Source: Macrostomum hystrix (taxonomy: Eukaryota; Animalia; Platyhelminthes). From it: a DNA stretch of 64,000 nt. Position numbers and translations under genes: made by a program. The stretch covers positions 9,610,001 to 9,674,000 of the forward strand of contig CATNEN010000025.1 of assembly GCA_950097015.1 (NCBI GenBank). The letters are read 5' to 3'. Position 1 is the first letter of the stretch, and every line of letters starts with the position of its first letter. A model generated the notes under the pieces. It was not told the DNA's origin, ran no database searches, and was given only the letters and a program-made list of their open reading frames with translations. Shown here piece after piece: positions 47,431 through 61,090 of the stretch.

Positions 47431-48406
47431 TTCTAACAGAAATGAATTCCAGAATGACAGATTTAGAATGACAAATGAATTCCAGAATGACTAGTGATGG
47501 ACAGATTAAAACAGGACTTGATCTTCATTCATATTCACATTAGAAAATGTCAAGTAACTTACTGGAAATGCAGGCGCATCACTGATCTAGACCACAGGTC
47601 GAAGAGAGGTAGCCACGTGGCTAGTGCACTAGGCAGAATCGCACATCAAGAGTCAGCAGCTGCCATCAGACACAAGTTAATCCTGGAATGGTGCAGGCTT
47701 TAGCACAACGTATTAATAATGTCAAATCAAAGTGAATGAAGTACTGCGATAAAATGACTCCGTGATGGCAAAGGAAAGAAGATTAAAGGCAACACAATTA
47801 TCCAAAAATAGGCTTCAGGCCATCCACCATCCACCATTCACGCGAAGCATAAAAGACTTGGCCTTTGCAGAAATATTTAATAGTATTCAGCGGTACTTGT
47901 AACTGTCTAAATAGACACTTGTACAAGCCTTCCGCACAAGTAGGAGATGCAAGTTGGGCGAATGTTTATGAGTTCGATTTTTCAGACACGGTTTACATAT
48001 TCGAGAAACAGTAATTGACTTTTGTCTAAATTTATTCTTGTCAAAAGGTGTGTTTGAGATCGACCCATTTTATTTTTAAATACAAGGCTGCTTTGCTGAT
48101 CGGGCTATTTGTATTTAGCAGAATTTAATTTGTAAGAAATTCATAAAGTACACTTTTCCTATTGTCTTAAATCATGTCATTCAATTACCATAGTGTTCGC
48201 TTTAATTATCTGTTTTTTGAGCCAAGAAAAGTTGAAAAAATTCTTTCTGAAGAAGAGAAGCTTTAGAAACAAATATTAGTTTTAAAAAATTTCACGATAA
48301 GTCGTTTATCTCTACGACTTAGAGACGAAAAACAATTATATAGGGTGCGTACGAAAACAATTATAACTATCTAATTATAATTATAACTTCCACCAATAAT
48401 TGGAGA

Positions 48407-48568
48407 GGCAATCTTCGGCTGAATATGCGGACTTTGACTATAACTATAAATCAACTATATAATCAACTGTAAATAATCAACTAATAATCAACTAATAATC
48501 AACTATGAATATTCAACTATATATAATATTAAAATATCCTAAGTCCGCAGATTCAGCCGAAGATTGCC
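48407..48568. mobile_element. 162-bp fold-back/MITE-like element with 28-bp inverted ends
   Basis: GGCAATCTTCGGCTGAATATGCGGACTT ... AAGTCCGCAGATTCAGCCGAAGATTGCC (1 mismatch); no TSD seen. Confidence 0.6.
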
Positions 48569-48622
48569 CGATCTAAGGCGTCTTAGTCTTAGGCGTATTC
48601 TTCTTCTTTTTCTCTCCGCGAC

Positions 48623-48661
<39 letters not shown>

Positions 48662-50829
48662 ATCCACCATATTCTGGAATTTTGCATTAAATGCAAATTT
48701 TTTTATAAATGAGCAATAACAATAATGTGTTGTAAGGCATGCTCTGTGGAAAAGTTAGCCCATTTAAATGGGCATCAGAAAGTCAGAATTAAAATGAGAT
48801 TTTTTATGACCGAGCAACAACAGTTATGAAACGACTTGCTTTCTAGGAAATATGGTTTCTATTCTGCATGTTATGAGGGACCATTTAAATTAACGTTTCG
48901 CGGTCAATTTCTATGAAGACAAGGGTTACGTCAAGTTATAAATTGCTTGTTTCACAGTATAAAAGCGAGGCATTTTGTGAAAGCGGAGAATATTGAAATT
49001 TAGCAGAATACAATATGAAGTAATGTGCAGAGCTGGACAAGTGTTACTGCTAATCACAGGCTTGGGGAGGCAGTATGAGTCTGCTGTTTGTTTTATGTTT
49101 GACTTGCACAGTCGAAGTGTTTGACTCAAACAATATGAATCTACTGCTCTCAACCCAGTGCCGATGTCCTAACTTGTCAGCTTGGCTCATAGCTAATATG
49201 TGACCTGCTATGATCATCACTAAATGAATGCACCCTCATTCTATTCACGTATTAAAATGTACACCTCTAAGAGTATAAAGTTTCAGTGTATTATAAATAG
49301 TGAGCTATCCAAGCCTTTTTACATAGGCTACAGAGTTTATGCTTATCTTAATAAGTCTTAATATTAGGAAAAAAACTGTATAGTGGGTCTATACGCATAG
49401 CTTATTGGCTGGCCACTCGTCATAATTGTATAGAAACAATGCATTATTCTAAATGAAATTAGGACCCAGGAATATAAATTCTTATTAAGATTTCCAAGCA
49501 ACTACTGGGATATGGGATCTATGACCTGGGAGCCTAGGATCAAGGACTAGTATTGCCATTGCAGTTTGGCCTTTTTTCTGTAGCCCTAAAAAATTCCGCA
49601 GGGCTTAATTCTATGATTGAATTGATAATTAGTGGAATATGTAATCCAAAGTAAACTAATTGACTATTGTATATCCACTTCCAAAAATGGTATTATCAGT
49701 ATGGTATACTTGCCAATTTGCACCCACTTCATAGGTCACATATTTAAAAGAATTGTGCTTTTAAATGAAAGATTGAATAAAATGAGGGGAAGAAATAAGA
49801 AAATTGGAACCAAAGTCTAACATCTGTCATCTATAGGGTAATGTATCATCAACCAAACAAGAATGTGTATTTTTTAACTTCGAACCTAAGCTACAGATTT
49901 TCTATTTAAGATATGATGATAAATCAAAAGCCAAGTTATAGAAAACAGTTACATCTTTCTAAAAAGTGTCTGCTTTTGCTATTTTGTCAAATAGAAAAAA
50001 GTTATTCCTGTAACTAGGTTTCATCTAAAACCTAACAATGATTTTCATGTATCTTCAAACCAAATGGAGAAGTTGGTGTTTGGTTTTACAATTTGAGTGA
50101 GTGGTTTAATCTTATTTTGCCATATGAAGTGCTGTCAAAGTGTAGACTACAATTCTGTGTAAGCTAGAAGGATAGGAATGTGAGGGATGGGAATGTGAGT
50201 GAATAGGAATGGGAGGAAGGGAAAAGGATCCCTGTGGCCCCGTGGCACTTGGGTGCCGCAGCCCCTCATGCAGCAGCTACATGAGTTTAATACTCTGGCA
50301 CCTTCTATTTGCTGCTGAGCATAGCTCACACAGGTAGGAAACATTGGCAACTATAAAAATTTCTGCTACATATTTTTAATGCCATCCAAACAAAAATAAC
50401 TGCCTATGTCCCATAGCTACTGAACTTGAGCTCTGAGTGAGCATGGACATGGTCAGGTTTATTAAATGTTTTTAGTGGGATCACATTTTTCACATTGCTT
50501 GAATGGGGAGTAGGTTATCTAGGGAATATAAGATCTATGGACACTGACCTATTAGGACAGGGTTGGTAACCATTTTTATCTTGTAGGCCAGATAGAGATT
50601 TGAGCACATGGGTCATGGCTTATGAACACATGGAAGAAGTGGAAGTGTAAGTAGAAGAGTAGAAGCTTAGAGGGTGGAGTGGAGAGGAGGCTGCATTGGG
50701 TGGGGTTGGGTTTGGTAGATTTGGGCTAGATTTAGTAAGCCATGCAAGTAAAGTATGGGGTAGATATCTGCTCCTGTCCTGTCTGTCTACCTGTCTGTCT
50801 GCCTACCTGCCTGCCTGCCTGCTTGCCTG

Positions 50830-51138
50830 AGGGCACTGGTCCCCTCTATAACAGGGGGGCACTGACCCCTCTCTAGCAGGGAGGGCACTGATCACTCTAG
50901 CAGGGAGGGAACTGGCCCCTCTAGCAGGGAGGGCACTGACCCCTCTCTAGCAGGGAGGGCACTGATCACTCTAGCAGGGAGGGAACTGGCCCCTCTAGCA
51001 GGGAGGGCACTGACCCCTCTCTAGCAGGGAGGGCACTGATCACTCTAGCAGGGAGGGAACTGGCCCCTCTAGCAGGGAGGGCACTGACCCCTCTCTAGCA
51101 GGGAGGGCACTGACCCCTCTCTAGCAAGGAGGGCACTG
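50830..51138. repeat. 24-26-bp minisatellite (AGGGAGGGCACTGACCCCTCTCTAGC) with a three-unit higher-order pattern
   Basis: Three variants recur in fixed order. Confidence 0.9.
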
Positions 51139-52144
51139 ACCACTTTCCAATCCCACGATCCCCTTTCCAATCCCATGATCTCAATTCTAATCCCATGATC
51201 TCAATTCTCTCCTCTCTGCCCCTTACTCCCTCCTGTCTGCCCGAATTAAACAATGAACAATATAAACAATCCACAATACGAAAATAGTCAATAATATAGT
51301 CAACAAAATTAGCCATTTTTAATAAAAGAAACGAAATAATGATGTTTAGTTGTTCCTTGGTCTTTAATAAAGAGGAGAGTTAGGGAGAATGCGATGAGAA
51401 TATGTTCTTCTCAGAGTTCTTCTGTTTTTCTCAATCTCAGATAGTCTTTGCAAAGCTCAACGTTATAAAAATAAAGATGGACTAAAGTTTATTAGATTCG
51501 ATAAACAATTTTCTTTCTTAGTGGAATCAACAAGTCCACTGTCTAATGACAAAATAGTTTGAGAGTCGAGACTGAACGAGCGTCTTTTTCTGGTCTTGTG
51601 TTAAATAGATGGTGTGATATGCAGGACACCATAATAGGCAAGCCAGGAGCCTCAAGACAGAGAGGACACGCGATTATGGGGTTTGGGAAATGGGGTGGGT
51701 GTCATTAAATGAATCACAGCGAATCGCACGCGAATATGGGGTTTTGGGAATGGGGTGGGTGTTAAATGACTGACAAATATTTTTGGTTTGGAAGGATCGA
51801 TAAATTAAACGGCCGTTAGTTTGGCTCGGTGTGAGAAGGGTTTAGTCAAAGGACCCCTATATAGCAGCATCTGCACTGGAAGCTAAACGGAAAAGTTTAG
51901 TTTGTAGTTAAAATTAGTAGTTATTTGCAAGGACTACTAGAGTAGAAGGACGCGACACTTGAAGACTATGTAAATTTTATTAAAGGCCACTTTTCTAAGC
52001 GATGTCTTTTTTAAACGGATGCACATAGAAATTTACTTTTTTCGCTGGGACCTTCGAAATTTATTGCCCTTGAAGATAAAATACATTTGCGTCTGGATAA
52101 ACATATTTTTTAAACTCGCTAATCTGATGGCCCCTGCTACCCCT

Positions 52145-53075
52145 GATGTGGGATAACTGCTGAAGTGGGATAACTGCTGCACTGGGAAAACTGCAGAAGT
52201 TGAATTACTGGATGAAGTTAGATAACTGCTGAAGTAAGATAACAGGTTAAGTGGGATTACTCCTGAAGTGGGCTATCTGATGAAATGGGATTTCTGCCGA
52301 TATGGGATAACTGTAGATGGGGGATAACTGGTGAAAGGGGATAGCTGCTTAAGGGGATATCTGATGAAGTGACGAATTTAGTTAGTGACGAATTTTTTAA
52401 TAACTGAATAATTCGGGGCGGCTTAATTGCTATTCACATTCTAAAATTAAAATTTGGACTGGAAGCGGAGCTGATATCTTCCTTTTTTCTAAGACTTGTG
52501 GCCAATAAAATTGCCCGATTTACACAGGGGCAGGGCAGATAGACAGGATCAGGCACACATAGACAGAAAATAGCGTATATATTTTTTGGCTGGACCGACT
52601 TTTCCAAATTTTTGCTTCCCCAGAACTCACCAAAAAGCGATGCCGCCGCCTCCTGGCGGCCCGCCCGGGCCCCAATGCCAGGGCGGCATGAATCCAAAAT
52701 TTCTGCAAAATACAAGGCCTTCTGGCAATTGAATTGATTTAGAGAATTCCATCATTAGCTGTGAATCAGACAAAAAATTAACTTACCCTCGGCAAAAGGC
52801 GGACAAGCTCCGGAGCTTTACCTGCTCCATCAGGAGCAGGTAAGCTCGCACGCTGTCTCTCTGCAAATTTATAAAACAAAAAATATAGAGCAAGGACGAA
52901 GGACGGTTGTTAGTACAATCCTGTATAACTGATAAACGGGGATAACTCATGAAATGGGATAACTAATGAACGGGGATGATTGCATGATAAAGTCAATAAC
53001 TGAAGAAGTGGGATTTTGGAGAAGGATTTGGGATCAGAGAAGGACTTTGGATCTGGGATTAAAGCTGTAAATCCC
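52145..53075. repeat. Two blocks of diverged GGGATAACTG-containing minisatellite (about 52145-52370 and 52935-53075)
   Basis: Recurring GGGATAAC(T/G) motif. Confidence 0.65.
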
Positions 53076-53167
53076 AAAACCCCGAATCAACGAATAAATG
53101 CATATTTCTGCTATTGACTGCACTGAAGAATTAATTTATAAAGTTAGGAGGGTCACTGTCAACAGCA

Positions 53168-53715
53168 CTATTTAAAGGCACAGAAACTCACATTCATCTT
53201 CCAATTTCGCCACTTGCGGCCTCCCCGATGATGAGGGCGGCCGCGGCGAATCTGCTGCTGGGGATGGGGGGGAGGGTGGGCTGGGCCTGGGTTGGGTTGG
53301 GGAGGGATGGGACGGGCTGGACGGGGGGGTTGGCCGACTGGGGCAGGGGTGGTAAGGGTGGGTTGTGGGCCTGGGTTGGGTTGAGGAGGGATGGGGCGGG
53401 CTGGACGGGGCGGTTGGCCGACTGGGGCAGGGGTGGTGAGGGTGGGTTGTGGGCCTGGGTTGGGTTGAGGAGGGATGGGGCGGGCTGGAAGGTTGGGTTG
53501 GGCGGGGAGAAGAGGGCGGACTGGGGCAGGGGCAGGCTGGGTCGGGATCGGGGGGGGAGCGCCGGCCACCCGGGCATATGAAGCCCTGGTGGCCGGCCTG
53601 GACGGTGGCGGCGAAGGCGGCGGCGTTGGCGGTGGCGGGGGGCGGGGCGGGGCCCGCAAGGGACGGGCGTCGGCCCGACCCTTTTTTCTGCCGGCCGATT
53701 TTTTCTTTGATGCCT
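53168..53715 (-). other. GC-rich island with a Pro-rich open frame and an internal ~84-bp duplication
   Basis: PARPIPPQPNPGPQPTLTTPAPVGQP occurs twice; SYARVAG motif; product not recognised. Confidence 0.35.
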
Positions 53716-55588
53716 GAAATTATGTATTGCAAAACTCGTTAATCACGCAAATTATGTTTCTTGGAAATTAACAAATATGATTCAAGGAAGTGTTGTACCA
53801 GTAAACTAACGGTGAGGTAGCTATAGCAGTATATGTAAGTTATAGGTGAGTTTGTCAGTTCAAATATTACCTGGCCTCTTTGGACACATGAAAGAGTTTT
53901 TCTTTTCTAAGAAAATACCAAAACTTTGCCACTTAATAGCTTTATTGTTTAAGATAATCATACTTGATTTTCTTCATCAAATTCTTAAATTTTTTCTTTG
54001 ACTTTACTAAGTTTAATTTTACTCTAAAAGTTGGGTAAAGTTTAGCACTTTAATATACCAATGATCTAATATCATGCATAGAAGGACAAATAATTTGGTT
54101 TCTGCATTAAAAAATTCGAATTTTTATATAAAAAATTAGATAGAAAGTCAGATACAACAAACAGTAGTACTAATGTAGGATCACATATATCATTTGTGTG
54201 AATTATCTATGTGAGTTTCTTGTAAACATTTGCTATAGCATAGCTATAGCTATGCCCTATGCGAATCTTTAAAAAATTAAAGTCTCTTTTGAAGAGGACA
54301 GAACAGAAGTAGCTAGTCCTATATGAAGAAACTAATTTCTTAGCTTAAATTTAGCTATTATATGTTTTTATTGGAATAAATGTTACAGTTACAACCCTAT
54401 TTGGCTAGAGGAATTCCTTCAGTTTAAGGATGGAATAAATATTTATATTTAGACATAACTAGCTATGCCTATAATCAGTGCTGCTCTTATTTTCATAGAC
54501 CAAATTTAATAATTTAATAACTAAAAATTTCCTCTCCTTGCTATCTAATTATATCTATGTTATCTATGTTATCTATCTAATTATATCTATGTTATAACTA
54601 GGCATAAATTCAAAATTATGGCTTTTTAGTCTAAAAATGAGAACTATACACTCAATATAGTTGCCCAGGGTTTGAAAAAGAATTGAATATTTTTTCAAAG
54701 TTTTGTATTCCTTGAATGAACTTATTTAGTCTCCAAAAAGACAAAGTCTTGAGTAGACCTTCTAGTCAAATAAAAACTTTTCAATTGTTTCAGAATTCAA
54801 GTAAATGTCTTGTAACCCTTTTATTATGCAAGATAATTTCATGAATTTTGTCCACATGAAGATAACATGAATGAAATTAGAAATATCAAATAAAAAGCAA
54901 GTAGAACATGATTCAAAAGGGAAAAATAATGGCTCTAGGAATATAGTCAGGCTATAACATTGCTTTGTATCAATTTTTCTTATGTGTATATTGAACTAGC
55001 AAAGTGAAATAATAATTTAAGATCAAATAGTAGAGTAGACTATATAGCTACTTGTTTAGAAAGGGAAGCAAATAATTATTTTGTATATGTTGGTATATGT
55101 AAAACATAATATATATTGGTAATTTTTAACTGGAATTGGCTCTCTATTGTAAACATTTTTATAATGCTAGAATACAAGGTTATCACCTTGTATAGTAGCA
55201 AAATAACTGTATACAAAAGATTATCAGGCACACCAGATGGCAAATATGGATCTCAGATTTAAATAGTGAGTTGACAGCTGACCCTACCTATATTTTTATC
55301 CATTTTTGCCAAGCGAGAAGGTTTCCAGAAGTGCCCATAGATTTAGAGTGCAAGGTATTCAGAGCTTTGGTCAATTTTTAAGACTTTAGCTTCACAGCAC
55401 TATGTTAAATGCAAGTGGTTAAAATGAATACAGCACATAATAGCTATATCAATCTACATTAAAAAGCTTTCTACTGAGGCTTACAGCACTTCTAAAGAGT
55501 GCAATGTACATTATCCTCATTGATTTTAATAGCACATCTATAAAGTGCAATATACTGAACTGTTTTATTTAACAATTTGCAGTCTAGT

Positions 55589-56724
55589 CTATCTAGGAAA
55601 AAGATGGACTGTCCTACTGTTTGGCTGTTGTGAGATAACATGTTCTTCAGCAGCACTTTGCTGTGTCATATGTGACAGGCTTGGTAATGAAAATTGTAAA
55701 GGTACCTGAGGAGGTACTTGAGACTCAGATATCTGTATTTCATCTGGCAATAACATACCTGGGTAATAATTCTGCGAAAACTGAGCAAGACGTAGGTGAC
55801 TATGTATTACTTGATTTTGAGAACTTCTAAGTTGCTGCAAATGAATGTCTTCTAAATAAGCATCTGGATTTTGGAATAAATTGTCAATACTATTGATATT
55901 TGAAGTAGTATTGTTGAGACTGGTAATATCATTGACATTACTTTGTGATGCTTCTGCACTTTGACTACATTCTTCATTGAGGCTTATCTCAGCCTCAGCA
56001 GCATAGTCATTTTGCTGTGTAGCCACTATTGCAGAATCATTACCATTTGCACTAGTACCTTGCATGCCAACAAGCAATGCTTGATTTTGGTTTGCTAGAG
56101 TACCTTCAGTGCTAATTGTAGGTGCTACATTTCTCTCATTCCATTCTGAATGAGACCAAAATTTTACTTCACCATGATCAGAAATTGCCTGAAATTGTGC
56201 AACACATTGCTGTTGGTTAAGATTATGGGGTGAAGAGAAGTTGGGAATAAAACGTCCTGGCCCTTTCTTCTGACCTGTAGCTAAATCAGAAGCTATAAGT
56301 GCCCATTGAATTGCACCAGAGTTGCCTGCCCTTTCATAAGCGTCCTTAGCTATTTTACTAAGCTCTTTGCGCATGTAGACAACACCCTTTTTAATAATTT
56401 CTTCAAACTTTCCTTCTGTTTGAGGAAGCTGCTGCAAATTTTGAAGCCTGTGTTGCGCTTGCTTATCTGCTCTTATAAAATCAACAATAGAACTACATGC
56501 TTCTTGGACCTGTCCACTCAAAGTGCCAGTGACATCTTTAGAACAGTGATAAATGGCTCTGTCATGTTCAGTAATTCTAATAACAATGTAAGTTTCTTTA
56601 TGTTTGTCCAAGTCCTGAATGATTCTTTTAATTGGGCGAGGTCGATTTTTAGCAGCTTTTCTTAGTCGTTCTTTTTTTGCTATACTTAGACCCCTATACT
56701 TCTCTAGCAATGCTGAAGTCCAAG
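55589..56724 (-). CDS. Orphan 373-codon ORF (basic N-terminus, Q/S/N-rich C-terminus), probably a terminal exon or a trans-spliced gene
   Basis: Over 1.1 kb open in AT-rich DNA; acceptor-like CTTCTTCATTTCAG at 56725-56738; no family recognised. Confidence 0.5.
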
Positions 56725-59700
56725 CTGAAATGAAGAAGTATATGATATTAAAAATATTTAAACGAGATTTCCACTAAACTAGGCTTTTGTCCAGAACTGC
56801 AAGAATTAAAAGTGAGGCCATGCTTAAGGTAATCTCCCCTTGACCTCAGGGGAGAGAACAACACCATCACTGAATTAACTGTTTAAATATAAAATGAAAA
56901 ATTAACACCCAAACCAGCATTATGCATGAAAGCATATTTACCAAGTTTTTAAGGCAGTCACCCATTTTTTAGAAACTAAGAAAGCTGCCCTTTTCCTTTT
57001 TCCAGTCAGCTGTACAATTCTGAACAAAAACCAAGTTCGTAGGTGCAGAAATGCCCAATTCCTTTAAATCTTACTGTATATAAAACACTTACTAGCACAG
57101 CCCTTCTTTCGAAGAAATTCATTGCCGCTAGTAGGTCCCATCTAAAATTAAGTTTTTAGCAATATGTAAATCAAATGTCTGTCACATGAACTATTTACCT
57201 ACACTTCATTGGCAAACTATATATTTTTGGAGTCTATAGGCATGTCAAGTAATACCATATTATAGGGCCACAAAATGGTCAAGTTAGAAAATCCAAAACT
57301 GTAACATGTCACCATTGCTATTAATAGGAAAAAGCATAAAAAATTCATGAAATACAATTTCGAATTCTTAACTTGAAAATTAGTTCTACTTTGAAACTTT
57401 TTCTTCAGGAATTATTTAGCATGGGCATGGTGAATTTTTTGGTCTTGGAACAGCTATTTAAGTATTCTATAGCTACCAGTGGGACTGATATATTCATTTC
57501 CTTGAAGGTACTCTTAACAGGCCCTAGTCAAAACACATGCTGCACACATTTCACAAGCTTTGAGTTTTTTCAACTTTTAAAGAGGTAATCACAGTTTAAT
57601 CATGGTTTTCTGTTTTTGCACTAAATATTGATACTAATACATTTTCCTCAAACATTTCCAGCCTGCCTTGCTTGCTGCCTGACTGTTCGCTTGTCAACAT
57701 TATGGACTCTAATGGACGACTAGGTCTATGCTGTCAAACTGCCATTGTCTGGTTCTAGGCAAGCCTCAAGTTACTGCAATACTTTTGCTCTCAGAGCTAG
57801 CTACTATCAGCCTGCAGCTCGACTCTTTGGACGAGCGTGAGTTAATATTGATTGCTTTTGTGAAAGTTACAGTTCAATGTGAATTCAAATGCAATGGCCC
57901 TCATTTTTTATAAACAGGTGTTTTGGCCCTATATGGTCCCATTCTATTAATGCTACATGCTAATACCAATAATTAAACGAGGACTCGATTCCATGTGATT
58001 CTCAGATTCTCCTCTCTACATCAGCCTCGAGGAGACATGCCCGCTATGGTCAGGCATTTTCCTTATATTTAACACACTGACTTTGACAAATAGAGGCTGT
58101 TCCTGTTTCTAACTTTCAATTACATTCAAATTCTGCCGCTTTCCACAGTGCTTTTTTCATCTGCTCTCTCTCCCGATCTCTCCGTCATTCCCCTTTTCTC
58201 CTGCGCCAGATGCAGAGTAAGAACGGCTAACAGTTGATACTACTCCTCATCTAGTAGTCTGTGTCGCAACTTTTCTGTATTGGTTTGACTGAAATATTCA
58301 CTTCCTTGAAGGCACTCTTAACAGGTCATAGTCACAGGCCACAGGGCATGTTACATATTTCTCCGGGCTGCAGGTGTGGGTGCACTGATTAAGAGTTGGA
58401 CTATCTAAGATTTGACACCTTGATCTGAATGGCGTAGGCGAGGGGGTCATACTAGCTACTAGTAGCCGAACACTAGTAGTATGGGTTACCAGAAATCTGC
58501 CTAACACAGGGGAAATAGGAGAGCGTGCATTTGAATGGGAGAGGGTGGCCTATACTCTGCATATAGGATAGGTGACGCTGTGACGATCTATGTGGCTGAG
58601 GGGTTGGAGCCCCATTACAATTACTCAACAGAATTCTGAGCACCAAAAATTAGCGAAAATTATCAGCATGAGCTTGCCGTGACACCCGAGACAGTAATGA
58701 CCCCTGGAATGGATTTCTAGGCTATGTATGCCACTGTTTAGATCTGCATGAAAAGCTTGTTTAGCAGGCAGCATTAATGAGCTATTACTACTATAAATAT
58801 TGATAGTAATATTTATAATACCAGCAATTTCCAACTATGTAGATTATTATACAGCAGTAACAAATATGGATTGATTTTGACATGCCACAAACTCTTACAA
58901 TACATTATTACAAATACGAAAATATTAAACTGACATGGGTCAAATAACAAATATGGATTGATTTTGACATGCCACAAACTCTTACAATACATTATTACAA
59001 ATAGGAAAATATTAAACCGACATGGGCACCTAAACTTGGCTTACCTGTCAGTTCTTATTTGAGCTAATAAAAAAGGTTTCTATTTAACAATTCTAGCTAG
59101 TATAGGATATAGAATTAGATTTAAAGTTTTGACTCGACGAGCTCTTTACTATTCGAGTTTTGGTGGGAAGAGGAAAAACAGCTCGTTCCCCTTTGTCCCC
59201 CGCTCAAATAGGGATGTATGGCACCATCGTCTAGTTCGTTCCCAAGTTCGCGTAAACAACCCCTCCCAGCCAACCACGCTTCATCATGGGGTTCCCACGC
59301 TTCACGTTCCCACAGGGAGCTCATGAGCTGCACTCGTCTAGCCGGACTCATGGCACGGTGAGGTGACCTGGGCTAGCCGTCTAATTTTTACCGTGAGCTG
59401 AGGCCGGCTAGTCCACGGCCGTTAGGTGCTATAGGCGCATATTTTGGGTGGGACACACACAGAGACAAGGCAATTTAAACCGCATTTTGGGTTCTGAGCT
59501 TTTCCTGTACACTCGTCTGCACCATAAACTGGGCCAGAGAGATCTCCACACAGTGCAGACGGCGCCCCACCCCAAGAAAGGGAACTTCAGTTTTTGGGCC
59601 AGTGTACACTGTAGAGATTTCCAAGAAATCTAAGCCCTCCCTTCCACCCCAAAGTCCTATATATATGATGATGATAGCCGCCGCTACTGCCAGAAGCCAA

Positions 59701-60104
59701 GCCGGGGCAGTAAAGCGGGCATGTTTTAAAGAAAACTAAACGTCTTGATGATCTACTATAAGATGGTGAGTAATTGGTACATTTCTGACGTAATCGATAC
59801 AGCAATTTAACGCTGCAATCTAACACAGATTAGCGAAAACCAAGACATTGGTGTGAAGACAATGTTTCAAGCATGGTCAGGAGTTTATGGACTGAGAAGT
59901 TTTGCGAACGAAAATGAAAAAAAAGAATTGTTCAATTTTAATTTTCCGTTCACTTCGCATGAACTCCTGCCCCTGTTTGATATAGCTGCTTCACAATTCA
60001 ACTGCGACCCCGACTCGATACTGAATCCCCCTGCTAGTATTAATATTGCATTTTTATCCCTAAAGTGCATCACGATTTACAATTATTCCCCGAGTCTGCA
60101 CCTT

Positions 60105-61090
60105 GTCTAACAGGTACACATTCTGTCTAACAGATATCCACTCTGTCTAACAGACGTAATTATATCTAACAGATGTAATTCTGTCTAACAGATATCCATT
60201 CTGTCTAACAGATGTAATTATGTCTAACAGATGTAATTCTGTCTAACAGATGTAATTCTGTCTAACAGATACCCATTCTGTCTAACAGATATCCACTCTG
60301 TCTAACAGATATCCATTCTGTCTAACATATACCCATTCTGTCTAACATATACCCACTCTGTCTAACAGATATCCACTCTGTCTAACAAATGTAATTCTGT
60401 CTAACATATACCCATTCTGTCTAACATTATACCCATTCTGTCTAACATTATACCCATTCTGTCTAACATTATACCCATTCTGTCTAACATTATACCCATT
60501 CTGTCTAACATTATACCCATTCTGTCTAACAGATATCCATTCTGTCTAACAGATATCCATTCTGTCTAACAAATGTAATTCTGTCTAACATATACCCATT
60601 CTGTCTAACATATACCCACTCTGTCTAACAGATATCCACTCTGTCTAACAGATATCCACTCTGTCTAACAGATATCCACTCTGTCTAACAGATATCCACT
60701 CTGTCTAACATTATACCCATTCTGTCTAACATTATACCCATTCTGTCTAACAGATATCCATTCTGTCTAACAGATATCCATTCTGTCTAACAGATGTAAT
60801 TATGTCTAACAGATATCCATTCTGTCTAACAGATGTAATTATGTCTAACAGATATCCATTCTGTCTAACAGATGTAATTCTGTCTAACAGATATCCACTC
60901 TGTCTAACAGATATCCATTCTGTCTAACATATACCCATTCTGTCTAACATATACCCACTCTGTCTAACAGATATCCACTCTGTCTAACAGATATCCACTC
61001 TGTCTAACAGATATCCACTCTGTCTAACAGATATCTAAACTGTCAAACAGATATCTAAACTGTCAAGCAGATATCTAAACTGTCTAACAT
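60105..61090. repeat. 20-bp minisatellite (CTGTCTAACAGATATCCATT)
   Basis: Directly visible. Confidence 0.96.

Noticed and set aside
48625-48658. (GGC)n tract as a coding poly-Ala/Gly segment
   Set aside because: No supporting open frame or splice context; it is a simple microsatellite.
57470-58325. ~45-bp similarity between about 57480-57525 and 58275-58325; also a ~100-bp direct duplication at about 58860-59030
   Set aside because: Short local duplications with stops in all plausible frames; no function is supportable.
59853-60110. 85-aa ORF with nearby GT/AG signals
   Set aside because: The putative upstream exon has an in-frame stop, no family is recognised, and the frame runs into a minisatellite.
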